Assembly (NCBI RefSeq): GCF_006345805.1
Contig: NC_043001.1
Coordinates: 15,128,001-15,192,000, forward strand
Direction: 5' to 3'
Source of the DNA: Octopus sinensis
Lineage: Eukaryota
DNA: 64,000 nt
The position numbers and the translations under genes are program-made. The notes beneath the pieces were generated by a model. It saw only the letters and a program-made list of their open reading frames with translations. It ran no database searches and had not been told where the DNA came from. The stretch's first letter is position 1. Each line of letters begins with the position of its first letter. Positions 62,783 to 64,000 of this stretch are shown in pieces.

Positions 62783-62875
62783 CAGAATATGCTTCAACAC
62801 ACAAACTCCGATAAAGAATCTTGCAAACCAAATACAAAAACAAAATATTTTTTCTTTTACTTATATGAGATAGAC

Positions 62876-63232
62876 ACAGGCATGGCTGTGTGCTAAGAAG
62901 GTTCTAGGTTCAGTTCCAGCGTGTGGTACTTTTGGCAAGTGTCTTCTGCTATAGCCACGAGCTGACCAAAGCCTTGTGAATGGATTTGCAGATGGAAACT
63001 GAAAGAAGCCTAAAGTATATATGTTTGTGTGTGTGTGTGTGGTGTGTGTGTGTGTGTGTGTATGTCTGTCCTCATCACAGCTTGACAACTGGTGTTGGTG
63101 TGTTTATGTCCCTGTAACTTAGCATTTCAGCAAAGGAGACCAATACTGTAGTCAATTCATTTATCTAAAAATTCTTTGAAGCAGTGCCCCAGCATGGCTA
63201 CAGTCTAATGACTGAAACAAGTAAAGGATAGA
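62876..63232 (+). mobile_element. SINE family A copy
   Basis: Family A homology. Confidence 0.8.
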
Positions 63233-64000
63233 AGATATCTAGCTCATTATTTATGCTACTAATCGTACATATCTAATGTAAACTTTGGTAAGTATCGTGC
63301 ATAAGATTCCTTAGTTGCAAATATAAAAAAAGAATACTAAGCTCTCATCAAAACCATGTACCTATCATCATCATCACCATCATCATTGTATAGCCACTTT
63401 TCTGGCTGATATGGATTGAATGGGTTGTCACAACTTGAGCCAGTTCTTATTTGGGATTACTACCTTCTCAGACAGATCGATGGACCACATCTCACTCATA
63501 TATTTGTGATTTAGTTCCCATAGCTTTATGACACTCCAATCACCAACCACTTTATAGTGTGTACAGGGTGCATTTTATTGTAGCACTGGTATTAGAAAGG
63601 TTATTGGGTCTTCAATAAGACAAGACTAAAGAATCCTCTTGACCCTACGTTTTCTCCTCTTTGATATCAACAACTTTACAGAATGCACTTTGTGCATTTT
63701 ATTGTGGCAACAACACTGGAGAAATTGTCTTATATGTGGGAAGACAGAGGAGTTTTTAATACTCCATGTTGTCTGTGTTTGTTCAGGGCAATGTGACCAA
63801 CAGAGTGAGTAGAAGAGAGGGTGATTGCTGATGATAAACTAAGGTAGGGAAGATAAACATGCACAAATAGGATGTGGAAACCTCTGTGGTTTTTCTATTT
63901 CATAGAATATATAAATTAAATTTTTCAATCATAAGTTAGTGATAAGCATACAAAAGAACAATTTTTATTATATGTAATATGTATATCCAAGGCTATTTCA

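Overview
AT-rich, repeat-dense animal genomic DNA, most likely Octopus or another coleoid cephalopod. This is inferred from the tRNA-derived SINE families, RTE 3' ends with (GAT)n tails and dense compound microsatellites. Most of the window is intronic or intergenic. One coding exon is confidently recognisable: 1486-1618 on the minus strand, 133 nt, homologous to the HSF2BP/MEILB2 armadillo region. A few further minus-strand exon candidates (40.6, 51.8, 54.2, 59.0 kb) could not be assigned to a gene. The rest is a mosaic of SINEs (at least 4 families), 5'-truncated RTE LINEs, an APE-endonuclease LINE relic, Penelope-like (GIY-YIG) relics, a decayed full-length mariner, a hAT transposase relic, TTAA/piggyBac-type, pogo-type and hAT-type MITEs, and a non-autonomous Helitron. 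The most notable structures are: several hammerhead-ribozyme-like motifs, one inside a tRNA-headed SINE-like element; a ~2.1 kb diverged inverted pair of Penelope 3' ends; a ~2.8 kb 26-bp minisatellite (~107 units) grown inside an RTE 3' UTR; and two long near-perfect palindromes at 61.8-62.8 kb. Nearly all ORFs in the supplied track are spurious (microsatellite or antisense-repeat readthrough). Family names and homologies are from recall, not database searches, and repeat boundaries are approximate.
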